The notes under the pieces: model-generated | The model's input: the letters and a program-made list of their open reading frames with translations, nothing else | Told to the model about the DNA's origin: nothing | Databases searched by the model: none | Program-made: the position numbers and the translations under genes | From: the human T2T-CHM13v2.0 reference genome, Homo sapiens | Assembly (NCBI RefSeq): GCF_009914755.1 | Contig: NC_060932.1 | DNA: 64,000 nucleotides | Direction: 5' to 3' (one strand) | Shown: positions 13,576 to 27,837 of the stretch, piece after piece | Numbering within the stretch: position 1 is the stretch's first letter | How the letters are laid out: each line of letters begins with the position of its first letter

Positions 13576-15498
13576 AATTCTTCTAAAAAAAAAAGGAAGT
13601 TAAAAGAAAAAAATTGTATTTTACATTCAACTTCTATATCTTCTCTTAAATTGGGTTTTATGTCATAACAATAAGTCAAAATCCTTCTACAAGGCCCTAG
13701 AGACTTTCCTCTACTCTCACCTTGCTACCTCATTATAAAAACCTTACTACCCCTCTGACATCATCCACTGATACTTGCCACACTCATTTAACTCCAGCCA
13801 CATAGGCCTCCTGGCTGACCTGGGAATATGTCAGTAATTGTATAGCTACCAACCTGATATTGATGGGGATGTTGATGTTTAATGTTAATCTATCAAAAAA
13901 AAACATGCAAGAAAGAAAGAAAATAAGCATAAAGCAGGTTAGGCAAACTGAATACAAACATAAAATGAGAGATTTAAACCCAAATATGTCAATATTAGTA
14001 TGATCCTATTAAAAGATAAAGATGATCAGACTGAAATTTTAAAACATAATATATGTGGCTTATAAATAACACATCTCAAGATAAGGAACAAAAAGTTTAA
14101 AATAAAGAAATGAAAAAAGATACAACATGTAAACATTAACCAAAAATCATTGCTGTTTAAACTGTACTAATATCAGGTAAAGTACATAAAAAACATAACT
14201 GGAGACAAAGAGGGGAACTTCATATGAAAGGGTCAATCCATCTTAACCCATTCCTAATTTGTATTTAGCTAATATCATAGCCTCAAAATAAAGAGAGCAA
14301 TCATTGACAGAACTACAAGAAGAAATATAAAAGCCCATCATCACAGTGGAAAAATTCTCTTAGCAAACGATAGCGGTATAGAAAAGATCAGTAAATATTT
14401 AGAAGATTTTGAACAACACGATCAACAGACTTAAGCTAATTGACTTGTAGAAAACAGTACCCAACAACTGTGGAATACATATTCCTTTCAAATACACACT
14501 GAGCACTGACAAAAATTAACCATATGCTGAGCCATCGAGGAAGCTCAACAAATTCCAAAGGATTTAAATTATCAAAATATGTTCTCTGACCAGAGCTCTA
14601 TAAAGCTTAAAATCACTAGCAAAAACAATAACTAGAAAGCCTCCATATGTGTGTAGATTAATAAACACACTTATTTTTATTAACTGACTATGGTAAAATA
14701 CTGTAGGATGTAGCTGGGCCCATTCCCAGAGGGAAAATGTCCAATATCCATCGCAAAAGAAGAAAAGCTGAAAATCAACGAGTTAAGTGTCCATCTCTAG
14801 AAGTTAGAAATAGAACAATAAAATAAGCCTAAGTAATGTAAAAGGAAGGAACTATGAAGATGATAAGAATAGAAACTAATAAAATAGAAAACAAATATAC
14901 AATTGAGAGGATTGACAAGACCAAAAGTTGTTTTATTATTTTAAAAATCAATAAATTTGATAACCTGACACCTGTGAGATGCATCAAAAAAAAAAAAAAA
15001 AAAGGCAAAAGGCACTATTCCTAACCATATTAGGAATAAAATGGGAAACATTATGAGACATTGAAAAATCCTAAGAAGGTATTGTAAAAAAAAAAAACTT
15101 AAAAAGTTATTGTTGAAAATGTAATTAAATGCACAAATCCTAAAAAAAAAAAAACTAAGAAAAAACAGAAAAATCAGAATAGTCCTATGATTATTAAATT
15201 CATGAAATCTGTAAATCAAAAACTTTCTACCAAGAAAACTTCAGACTCAGGTTTCATCAGTGAAGAAATAGGTATAATGCTATATAAACTCTTAGAATAT
15301 ATAAAAATATTTCATTTTTATGAGATTAATAATCTCGATGCAAAAACCTGTCAAAACTATTATAAGAAAGGAGAATCATGGGCCAATCTTACAAATAAAC
15401 ATAGGATTCCAGTAATACACATAGATAGCAAGACTCAATATTACAAAGATACAGTTTTCCCTCAGGTTTTCTACAGATTATCATCAAAACCCCAACAT

Positions 15499-15797
15499 TG
15501 GCAGGGCATGGTGGTTCACACCTGTAATCCCACCACTTTGGGAGGCTGAGGTAAGAGGATTGCTTGAGGCCAGGAGTTTAAGACCTGCCTGGGCAACAAA
15601 GAGAGACTCCATCTCTACCAAAAAAAAAAAAAATCATCCAGGTGCAGTATCCTGCATCTGTGGTCCCAGTACTCAGGAGACCAAGGTGGGAGGATTATTT
15701 AAGCCCAGGAGTTCAAGGCTGTAGTAAGCTATGAAAGTGTCACTGCACTCCAGCCTGGGCAATGTCAACACCCTGTCTCTACAAAACAAAAACAAAA
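15499..15797 (+). mobile_element. AluJ-like
   Basis: Dimeric Alu with J-type features (ggattgcttgaggccaggagtt; aagcccaggagttcaaggctgtagt). Confidence 0.9.
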
Positions 15798-15962
15798 CCC
15801 CAGCATTTATTCATGAGGAAATCGACAAGCCAATTCTAAATTATATGGAAATGCAAGTGGCTAAGAATATGCAAATTCTCTTAAAGAACAAGGGGAGAGA
15901 ATTTGCTCCACTAGATAGCAAGACTTGCTAGAAAGCAACTGTAATTAAGAAATGCAATATTA

Positions 15963-16048
15963 GTCTATGGTCATACCACCCTGAACGCACTGGATCTTGT
16001 CTGATCTTGGAAGGTAAACAGGGTCAGGACTGGTTAGTACTTGGATGG
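15963..16048 (+). pseudogene. 5S rRNA retropseudogene, 3'-truncated, no poly(A)
   Basis: gtctatggtcataccaccctgaacgc...ggttagtacttggatgg matches 5S nt ~1-86; 15-bp TSD aagaaatgcaatatt (15947-15961) / aagaaattcaatatt (16049-16063). Confidence 0.95.
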
Positions 16049-16720
16049 AAGAAATTCAATATTGTTGCAAGGTTTGATAAATAAACCAATTAAATAAAAT
16101 ACAAAGCCCAGAAATAGAACCACAAATATATGGACACTTTATTTATAACAACATAATAATGCAATTTAGAGGCAAAGGGATAGTCTTTTCAATAACTGAT
16201 GCTGAATCAGTTGGATGTCTTTATGGGAAAAATGAAATAACTCCTATCTCACATGCACACGAAAATAAATTCCAAGTAAGTAGAAGCAAACAGTAGCACT
16301 TTATGATACAGGAGAATATCTTCACTATGGTAAGGTAAGGAAATATTTCTCAACAACACACATGCCACAAGAAAAAGAATCACCATAAAGGGAAAGTTTG
16401 TAAGTTGAACTACATTAAAACTAGGAAATTTTAATCAAAAGACCACATTACAAATGTGAAAGAGCAAGCCATAAATTGGGAGAAAAATTTCGTCACATCT
16501 ATTAATCCAACAAAGGGCTTGTATCCAGAATATATAAAACACTGTAATGGTTCTTAATAACCTTAAAGACAAAAATCTTTCATAGGCCCTTCACAAAGAG
16601 TATATCTAAATAAGGAAACATGTTCAACTTCTTTCGTAATCAAAAAATATGATTTAAAATTCCAATGACATAACACTATGAAATTACCATAATGCTTAAA
16701 ATAAAAAATAAAAATAAATT

Positions 16721-17012
16721 GGCTGGGTGTGGGGGCTCATGCCTGTAATCCTAGCACTTTGGGAGACTGAGGCAGGCAGATCACTTGAATTCAGGAGTTC
16801 AAGACCAGCCTGGCCAACATGGGTGAAACCCCATCTCTACTAAAAATACAGAAAAAAAAAAAAATAGCTGGGCATGGTGGTGCATGTCTGTAATCTTAGC
16901 TATTTGGGAGGCTAAGGCATGAGAATCCCTTGAACAAGGGAGGTGGAGGTTCCAGTGAGCCATTGCCCTCCAGCCTGGGTGAGAGCGAGACTCTGTCTCA
17001 AAAAAAAAAAAA
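16721..17012 (+). mobile_element. Alu (Sz/Jb-like)
   Basis: Full dimer with central A-tract and poly(A). Confidence 0.92.
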
Positions 17013-17141
17013 GAGTGATATTACCAACTATATTTGCATGAATGTGGAGCAATAGGAATTCTTATACATACTGGTATGAATACAAATTTGGAAAACAGTT
17101 TGGCATTATATAGTAAAGTTAAACATACATAGAACCTGTGT

Positions 17142-17226
17142 TCCAATAATCCCACTTCTAAGGGTATGTACCCAATGACAGTGCCAATGACAATCGATAT
17201 ATACCCTTAGAAGTGGGATTGTTGGA
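17142..17226. repeat. Inverted repeat, 29-bp arms, 27-nt spacer
   Basis: tccaataatcccacttctaagggtatgta (17142-17170) versus tatatacccttagaagtgggattgttgga (17198-17226); 27/29 Watson-Crick pairs. Confidence 0.95.
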
Positions 17227-18293
17227 TCATTGCAGCGTTATTTCAAATAGCCAAATTAGGAAACAACCCAAATGTCTACCACAGAAGACTGGATAAATGC
17301 ACTGTGGTATATCCATTGAATGGAATAGTATACGGCAGTGAAAATGGCCTATCTCCTGTTACATGAAACAACATGAACAATCCTCAGAAACACAATAAGA
17401 AACAAAAGAAGCAAGGCACACAAATTACACACTGTGTAAATCAATTATATAAAGTTCAGAAGCAAGAAAACCTAAACTACAGTATTAAAGTAAAGGAAGT
17501 AGAGGAGCAAAACAGGTGAAAACCAGCTGGGCAGAGGAAGGTGTCTTCTGGGGTGCTGACAACAGTCTCTTTCTTGACCCAAGCAGTAATTACACAGGTG
17601 TTCCATGTGCGATTCACTGAGCCGGCACATATATATCTGTCCTCCCTTCTTAAGTGTGTTTACTACACACACAAAGAAGTTAAAATTTTGTAATAATATC
17701 CTTAAATCAGAAATTTTATTTCTAGGAATTTTACTCTTTAGATATGATGCATAAGTGTATTAAAAATTAGGTTCAAGCATTTTTCATGAAAGCAAAAGAC
17801 TGAAAACTACTTGAATATCTATCAGTAGATAATAGATTCAATACAGGTGAGCACATCCAGGAATACTATGGAAATTTTAAAAAGTATGAGGCATCTCTAT
17901 GTGTGCTAATATGGAACAATCTCCAATATATATGTAAGCAAACAATCAGTGGGAGATATAGAACAGTGTTCGGAGTATGCTGTCATTTCCTCTGTGTTCA
18001 AAAATGGGGTGAAGAATATGTGCATGTGTGGTATCTATATATCTATAATGTTCCTGGAAGAGCAGGTAAAAAATAAAACTCAGTAGGCTGTCTCTGAAGT
18101 GGGAAACTAGAAGTCCCAGGTGGAAAGAGAGCTTTTTTTCTTAACTATGCTTGTCGCCATCTTGTGAACTTAATCAGGTGTATGTAACTTTTACAAAATA
18201 ATAAATTAAAAGATGATTTTTTTTAATATGTTGAAATGACTTTGTGGGCCCAGCTCCCAGTTGTTTGTTGCAATGGAATATTTGTATATATCA

Positions 18294-18813
<520 letters not shown>

Positions 18814-21760
18814 TCAGAGAAACTAGACAAAAGTGAATGCATAAGCTATAAAGGATCTGCAGAAGGGAGACGCCCCAGGAGGGAAAACGCTGTTGATATT
18901 CACAGCTTGCAATAAGGAGCCTAACATTACCCACAGAGTTTAAAGGGTCAAGGACAAGAAGACATCATGCACTTACCAGTTTATTTGTACTGATCCAAAA
19001 TCTGATCAGCCCCAGAATGAAGTCTTTGTCTCCTCCACAGTACCTGTTTATAGTCCATGCACACAATGGTATTTTAAAAAGAGTTGTTGATTCACCCAGT
19101 TTCCTAAAATATAAACACATAACCTTTCCTCCAAGTAGCTTAACAAGTTTTCACATGATAAGCCCTACAGTGGGCCTGAGCCACGGGCTGATGGGGAAAC
19201 AAGCACATAAAAAGTCTCTAGCCTTTGATTATCTTTGCTTTGTGTCCCTGATCTTGTCACCACACTAATCTTTCAATCACATAACTGAAGTATTTCCCTT
19301 AAACAGATTTATCCTGTTAGCAACCATCATGCCAACATTTTACCTTTAAAATTTGTTGAAGGGGTGCAGTTTTGGAAGTGTATATTCCAGGGCATCAGAT
19401 GTCATGCTAAGTGCTCTGCTGCATTGGTCACCAGGACCCTAAAGACTCCCACAAGGGCAGAAAATCATGTCAGGGGAGCAAACTGAACAGGCAGACAGTG
19501 CCAAGGCCACCAATTTGAAGGCGATCCATTTTCCAAATTATCTTCCAGCCAACAGAATCCTTTTGCCATTTAACACATCTATAGCTTCTGTACAGTGATG
19601 CCAAGTTTATTCTCCGTGCAGTTTTTTGTAAATCACATCCAAAATATGATTTGGAAAAAAAAATGCACCTTCTTATGAGCCCACTGTGTACTTGAAAGAC
19701 CCAGTGCACAAATCATTTGCACCTGTACCATTTCCATCCAGTTCTAAGCTAATTTTAAAAAGACTCTGAAAGCCTGCCAACAGCACATGTGCACAGAAGA
19801 TAAAATGTAATAGCAATTAATCCAATCATCTCTGATTTAACGTTAATTTAACCCAGTGGATTATGCCTTGTTTTGTGTGCAACTGTGTTGATCCTGCTAC
19901 ATTTCAGAGAGCCCCCAAATCAATCAAGTCACAATCCTTAATTGCAGTCAAAATGGGGAATTCCACTCAGCAGGGCCCTTCTCTAGAGTATCTATTCCTC
20001 CCAAGGAAGAAAGGGAAGTCAAAGAAAGAGGCGTTTCTAATAGCAGGCTGCTCACATTGCAGCTGATGGTGTCAGGACTAGCAACAAGGAGTGGCCTACT
20101 GTTTGCTGGCAGATTCAATTGCATCAGGGCTTCTTGCCAGAATGAACAGGAAAGGGCTGTCAGAGAAAAGCCAATGAAAGTATAGCTGCTGTTTCAACTA
20201 GAAACAAACACAACAACAACAAAAAATTCTGGGGCATGATGTTTTCCTTCCTTTATTTGCAATATGGATTGAATGACTATAGCAGTTAAAGACTTGAATT
20301 AGGACAGCTGTAATTGAAAACTAATACCATGCTACCCCCCCCCAACCCCCTAGGTCTCATTTAACTGGTTTAGAGTGTCAGTCTGCATTCTTGGAACCAA
20401 AGGCTGATTGTGGAACATTTGCATTATCATGTGCAAGAAATAGAGAAAGTTTCAGGTTGCTAATTCCTCCTAGTTGGGTTTTATTGAGAATGAAAATCAT
20501 AAAAGGTGTTACCTGGGCTGGGGACAGTCCCAGAAGTTCAACTGTAGTTCAGCCTTAGTTAAGGATTAGTTAATAGATACTTCACATAAAGTGCTACCAT
20601 GTTCTTTTTCATAATTTTTCTCTCCCCTCCTCCCTTCCTTTGCAGCTGAGAATAATTAACTGTTCTTTTGTGAGTGTCATTTGTTCTCAAGGAATTAAAT
20701 GCCACCTTATTTCCCAGAACAAGAATTCAACTGTCATAATTATAGCTTCATTTCAGAAGCAAAATAAAAAAAAATCATAATTTATTACAGATTGTTCAGC
20801 ATGTGAGATAGGTTTAAATGTCATTGGAAGTAAATTGTGGCATGTCATGAAGGGGTTTTAGCCACCACTGTAATTGATTTATAATTTCACATTTAAAATG
20901 AACAACATTCACCCATTGTTCTTGTATTATATAACTCTGACAGCAATCCCTTGAGAATGAGGCATTCAACTTGGTCAATACACAATAATAATAATAACAA
21001 TAATAACAATAACAATGATATGCCAATTTTACAGATAAGCAGCAAATTTGCATAAGCACTAAGAACATATGTGTTAAAAACGGGAGCTCAATCTCTATAA
21101 TAGAAGGTAAAAATGTATTTCAGAGAGAATGCATTTGGATATTAGCATTGAACTCCATCAAATTAAATGACTCCCGGGGGTTTTAGTGTAACTCGTAAAA
21201 TTAAGGACTATCAGAATTAAGGTTTAAACTATTCTCTACCCAGAGTTATAAGGAAAGATACAATAACTGGAGAAGGTGGAGATGAATTTTTCCATTTCTA
21301 CTTTCAAGCAGACTAAAAATCAATTCTACTTTGAGCAGTAATTTACTAGGTTTACAGTGTGACCCTAGTACCCTAAGATTGCACAGGGATAATAGGTGGT
21401 GTGGCAGAGGGACTACATAAATACTTCATTAGACCGTTAAGTGCCTACAGATCCATTTTGTGCAAGATGAAATGAGTTCTATGATGTTTCTCATATCTCA
21501 AAATCATAATGATGTATACATGCCCCCTTAGGTTTGCATATAGAAGCAAACACAAGCTCACAGTGACAGAGACAATCTGCACTGGTGGCAACCAAACCAC
21601 ATGAGCCACAATTCAAAGGCAAAATCAGAACCTTCCTGCCCTACTCTCCACCCACAACCCATAGTCTTTTGAAACACCTTATTTTTCTTTTCTGGGAAAG
21701 TCAGTGTTTTATAAAAGTCAATGGTAGTCTGGATACAGAAAAGCTTTTTGAAAGACAAGG

Positions 21761-22217
21761 TGTGGTGGGCTGAATAACGGCACCCCAAGATATCCACACT
21801 CTCATCCCTGGAACCTCTGAATGTTATATTATATGGCAAAGGGACTTTGCAAATATGATTAAGGATTTTTTGATAGGGAGATTATCCTGGGATCATCTGG
21901 GCAGGCCTGGATGTAATCACAAAAGGTCAAAAGAGTTTTGGCTACTGTACAGAAAGCCATGTAACCCCAGAAGCATAGGTTCGAGTGAGGTAGCCAGAAG
22001 CCAAGGAATGCTGGCAGCTTCCAGATGTGGAAGAGCAAGAAACAGATTCTCCCCTGGAGCCTCCAGAAGAAACCCAGCTCTGCTAGCAACTTGATTTTAA
22101 CCCCATAAGACTCATTTCAGACTTCTGACATCCAGAACTGTAAGAGAATACCATTATGTTGTTTTAAGCCACTAAATTTGTGGCAATTTGCTACAGTGGC
22201 AACAGAAAACTAATACC
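21761..22217 (+). mobile_element. MaLR LTR (MLT1D/C-like)
   Basis: tgtggtgggctgaataacggcacccc...gggactttgc...gattctcccctggagcctccag...ttttaagccactaaatttgtgg...aaactaatac. Confidence 0.85.
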
Positions 22218-23084
22218 CAGGGCATACAAAAAGAACCTGATTTGCTAAAAGGTTTATCAAGTTATCTCCATATTGAGGACCAACCAAGAGACCAAGTCCC
22301 ACTCTGGCTTTGGTTTGAGGCTTCCAGCCTTGCCAGAATCCGGGCTCTTCCTTTGCTGGTGCTCATACAGTTCCTAGGTTGTCCTTGTTGGAGGAACAGT
22401 CATCCAAGAATTTGACAACATTCCAATTTTAAAAAGTAGTAACATTTAGCTTGACTTACGAGTCACTTTTTGGATTGTTAAATGAACATAGCGCTTTAAG
22501 ATGAGCTGTGATTCTGTTTATGGCTTACAGAAAAGAAAGTGTACTTATTTTAAAACATTAATATATTACAAGATTTCCAAAATATATAGCTTGTGATTTT
22601 TCCATTTCAGCATTTTCATTACCCAGTAAACTACTGCTCTGGAGTTGCCACTTAGCATTCGATAAATGCCTTCAGTGAGTTAAGGATTTGCAAGGCAAAT
22701 TTTAGACCCAGTTTTTGAAATAATTATGTATTCAATTTGCAATAATTTGAAGAAAAAAAGACACTTGTAATAAGCTATCGGAGTGATACATACAATGGTT
22801 TTATCTGGGGTCACTGAACAGAAATTTCCTATTCCAAGTGTGTTAGGAGAATATTTCATTCCACTTTCTTTGCTCCTGCACCAGAAGATATCTTCTAAGT
22901 GCTTTTGTAACCGTTTCCATCTCTCTCTCCACCCTACCACCGGATCTGTAAAAGCCACCATGGACTTAAGTTTTATTACAAATCTTGGCAATGAGCCAAA
23001 AAAAAGAAGCCAGGGAAAAGAATTAAGACATGGTCTAACATCATTAATTTCACTGCAAGGTGAGATTATGGTCTTCTTGCCAGC

Positions 23085-23285
23085 ATCATTCTATTCATTC
23101 ATTCATTCATTCAACAAATATCTATATGGTATCTACTCTGGGCAATGTCCCTGAGGGAGACAGAAAGGGGAAGCAGATAAATCCTGTCTAGTAAATACAT
23201 AACTATATTAGCTAATGACTACCAAGGTGATAAATAATGGATCATCCCTGGCAAAGGGAACAGCCAGAGCAAAGACACTAAGGTG
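23085..23285 (-). mobile_element. L2 3' end
   Basis: cattcattcattcattcaacaaata...tatctactctgggcaa; continues at 24590-24820. Confidence 0.65.
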
Positions 23286-23286
23286 G

Positions 23287-23638
23287 TGCTCTGACTGAAC
23301 ATTTGTGTCCCCCCAAAATTCATATATTGAATACCCTAATGATGGTATTAGGAGGTGGTACCTTTGGGGGGTGATAAGTTCATGAAGGCAGAGCCCTCAT
23401 GGATGAGATTAGTGCCCTTATAATAGAGACCCAAGAGAGCTCCCTCACTATTTTTCTACCTTATGAGGACACAGCAAGAAGATGGCTCTCTCTGAACCAG
23501 AAAGCAGACCCTCATTAGACACTGAATCTGCCGATGCCTTGATCTTGGACTACCCAGCCCCCAGAACTATGGGAAATAAACTGTTTAAACTATTCAGTGT
23601 ACAACATTTTTGTCATAGCAGCTCAAATGAACCAAGGC
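23287..23638 (+). mobile_element. MaLR LTR (MLT1A-like)
   Basis: tgctctgactgaacatttgtgtccccccaaaattcatat...gagccctcatggatgagattagtgcccttata...ccttgatcttggact. Confidence 0.85.
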
Positions 23639-23913
23639 AGGTGGGAAAGTATGGAATACACAGACAGAAAGGAGTGGCTCCACATGGCTGGATGCAGGGA
23701 CCAGCACAAGCAATGAGAATGTGCAGGTTACATGAGCACCAGACAGTCAGAGATGGAAGAGTCCTTCCCCCAAGGTGCTCAACATCTGGTGAAAGAACAG
23801 ACCAGAGCCACACAATCACAGAGCTAGAGGAGCCACATCAGTACATGGAGCACAAAGGAGAGAGATGTATTGGAGCCTGTTGATAGGAAGGTATGGACAG
23901 AGTATAAAAATGA

Positions 23914-24222
<309 letters not shown>

Positions 24223-24224
24223 AC

Positions 24225-24825
<601 letters not shown>

Positions 24826-25149
24826 AGTTAGAAAGCTCTAGCCATTAATTCCAGTGTTTCTCATCAAAATTTGAGAAACTGTGCTTGAGAAATAGAGCTT
24901 CTCAAATACATTTAAGAATGGAATTAGCTCATAGCTAGTGAGCTTCAAAGCCAGCAAGGAAGCACTGAAAGATTTCTTGATTCTGCTCTGCCTCATGAAG
25001 AACTTTGAATTTGATTCACATTGTATCTTTAGTAATTACGTTCCAAACTCATAACTTGATTAGGTAAAAGGATTAATCTTCTACTCCTTTCCTCTTCCTA
25101 GGCCCCTTCTTCCATTCACACAGGCATGTAAATGTGATCCTAACAACTG

Positions 25150-25310
25150 TATCTATACATTTACTCATTTATTCACTCCACAAATATTTATTGCATATCC
25201 ATTATGTGGCAAACACTGTGCTAGGGTGCTGTGTGCATAGGATGAACACTGTTCTTTGCTCATGAAACTGGCAGTCTACTGGGGAGACACATGATAAATA
25301 CATAAATAAA
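25150..25310 (-). mobile_element. L2 3'-end fragment
   Basis: catttattcactccacaaatatttattg...atgtggcaaacactgtgctagg. Confidence 0.65.
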
Positions 25311-25400
25311 TAAAACTCTAGAATAGCAGCTATGTATGTGTACACATAGAAAGGTCCTTGAAGACTCACCCAGAGAAGTCAGTCAGTTGAGATGGAAGTG

Positions 25401-25781
25401 TGATATGGTTTGGCTTTGTAGCCCCACCCAAATATCATCTCAAATTGTAATTCCCACATGCCAAGGGAAGGACCTGTAATCTCCACATGTCAAAGGAGGG
25501 CAGTGACTGGATTATGGGGGTGGTTTCTCCCATGCTGTTATCATGATAGTGAGTGAGTTCTCATGAGATCTGATGGTTTTAGAAGTGTTGGGAAGTTCCT
25601 CCTTCGTGCTTCTCTCTCCTGCCACCATGTAAGATATGCCTGCTTCCCCCTCTACCATCATTGTAAGTTTCTTGAGGCCTCCCCAGCCATGTGGAACTGT
25701 GAGTCAATTAAACTTCTTTTGTTTATAAATTACCTGGTCTTGGGTAGTATCTTTATAGCAATGTGAAAACAGACTAATACA
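25401..25781 (+). mobile_element. MaLR solo LTR (MSTA/THE1D-like)
   Basis: tgatatggtttggct...gagtcaattaaac...agactaataca; 5-bp TSD aagtg/gagtg; internal ~29-bp tandem duplication at ~25446-25500. Confidence 0.92.
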
Positions 25782-26337
25782 GAGTGTGAATATATTGACA
25801 TTTAATTTACATGAGTATCATTCTAGAGAAGTAGTATTCGTACATCTAGGCTGGTGCTATTACTCAAAAACACTAACATTTAAAATATAAGGTCATAGTC
25901 TTCAAACAGCAAGCAAGGCTTACAATTGCAGGCACAGAGAGTAAAAGGTTAGGTATGAGGAACTCTATCCTACAGATAAATTTGTTTTCTGTCTCTGGGC
26001 TTAATGAGGCCCATAAAATCTCCAGGGGATCTCTGGGAGAGGCTCATTGGAGCACTTCAGTATTGATTCAGCCCCTCAAGTAGGTCTTACTTGAGGCCAC
26101 AGCTAGGCTAGACCTGGTTGGGTTGATGCACTTAAGTCTGAGTTCTGAAATTGTGCTGACTGCCACAACTGCAGCTTGTTTTCATGACAGCAAACCAAAG
26201 TCCTTATTAATGTTTTCTTTCTAAAATGTTATAAGTTAAAGAAAAATTGAATTCTGCATTAGTTAAAATTTCCTCTTCTTGACAACTCAAAGACTGAAAT
26301 CTTCAGATCACACATTGAACATCTCTAGTATTGGGCC

Positions 26338-26497
26338 CTTTTTTTTTTTTTTTAAGAGATAGAGTCTTGTCCCGTCACCCAGACTGGAATGCCACCATCT
26401 TAGCTCACTGCAGCCTCAAACTCCCAGGCTCAAGGGATCCTCTCATTTCAGCCTCTGGAGTTGCTAGGATACAGGTGCCAGCCACTGCACCAGCAAA
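26338..26497 (-). mobile_element. Alu right monomer (FRAM/AluJ-like)
   Basis: Poly-T followed by gagatagagtcttg...gctcactgcagcctcaaactcc; TSD-like ttgggccctttt/ttgggtcctttt. Confidence 0.85.
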
Positions 26498-27786
26498 TGT
26501 TGGGTCCTTTTGAAGCAGGCTTTTCAGAGTCACTCTTCTCACCTAAAGGATAAGGAGCATCTGTGAGACAGCTAAGCCCAGTTCTGACTGGGGGCCCACT
26601 GGACTCAGGGCCTTGCCTCATGGGGTCAGCTGACAACTAAGCTCTGACCACCTGTCCACAACCAGCAGGACAGTAATCACTTTCAGCCACCAGCCAACAT
26701 GGTTGGATTTAAGTTATTGATCAATAGGCCAAAGGTCCTCTACTTCACCATGGCTCTTCCATGCCGACCACTCATCTCTTATAATTTCCCAAAACCTAAT
26801 AATTTGATTAAAAGATATTTGATTAAGTGCAAGATTTACAAGGTTCCACACTGACACAAATTGTAATTCAATATAAGCCCATTCTAGGAAATGGGCTAGA
26901 ATATGAACCAAATTCTTTTTTATCTACCCACTACACACATACACACACACACATGCCCACACATACTATTTAGCAACTTGTCACCATAAAGACTGAGAAC
27001 AATTATTCACTATGCGCATTTGGCAGATATAATGGAACACTACATTGTCAGTAATCAAAAATTATTTTCCATTCTGGTTATTAATCAAAAATTTATTTCC
27101 CATTGACTAACCCCAGGAAAAGGTTATCATCTACTTCAGTCTGTACTTATTTCGCTACTAACAAAAGAGTCTTTTGTCTCCCATCCTCAGCAATGCAGAA
27201 TTACCATCACTCCCAAGACCTCTTTGGGTTCCTTGACCAGAAGAGGCGTTTAGCTATGTCATCCATGATGTATTGCACATTTAATTGCACTATGCAGCTA
27301 TTCAAAAAGCATTCAGAAGTAATCATTTAACATTAATATCCCAGGGCAATCCAAGGTCACAGTACATTAAAAACTAATTCACAGTGGTTCAAGAATGCAT
27401 TTTTCATATATGGAGTAACATAATTCTTTTATGATAAAAATGATAGTGGTATTACAGGGTGATGAGATACAGGATATTCTGAATATCCATCATTGGACCT
27501 ATTGTAAAAATGGCAAAGTCAGACCTTAGTTCTTCTCATAACTCAACACACCACTAATCTGTATTAAACACTACTGACCATGTTAACCTTTTATATGGCT
27601 GACCATGTTTTAAGGAGCAACAGCCCTCATTTGTTATCATAGACAATACAAGCATTTAATACTTATTGTGGTCATTTCATTCTCAAATTTTACTATCTGC
27701 TATTTTTTCTGATCCTTCTAACATCTAAAATTATAACATCTCCATGGGTAACTAAAGGCTTCTTGGTGAAAAATTATACTCATGCC

Positions 27787-27789
<3 letters not shown>

Positions 27790-27836
<47 letters not shown>

Positions 27837-27837
27837 T
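27790..27837. repeat. (TG)n microsatellite
   Basis: About 20 TG units. Confidence 0.95.

Larger units (their letters stand above)
13880..18205 (+). mobile_element. Ancient L1 (L1M, MB/ME-class) ORF2 and 3' remnants, fragmented, with nested insertions
   Basis: Degenerate A-rich ORF2 text (endonuclease region 14000-14650; aagcccagaaatagaaccacaaatatatggac; tctttcaataactgatgctg; 3'-end ggaaacaacccaaatgtctacc); the RT core appears deleted near 15405; contains two Alus and a 5S copy. Confidence 0.8.
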
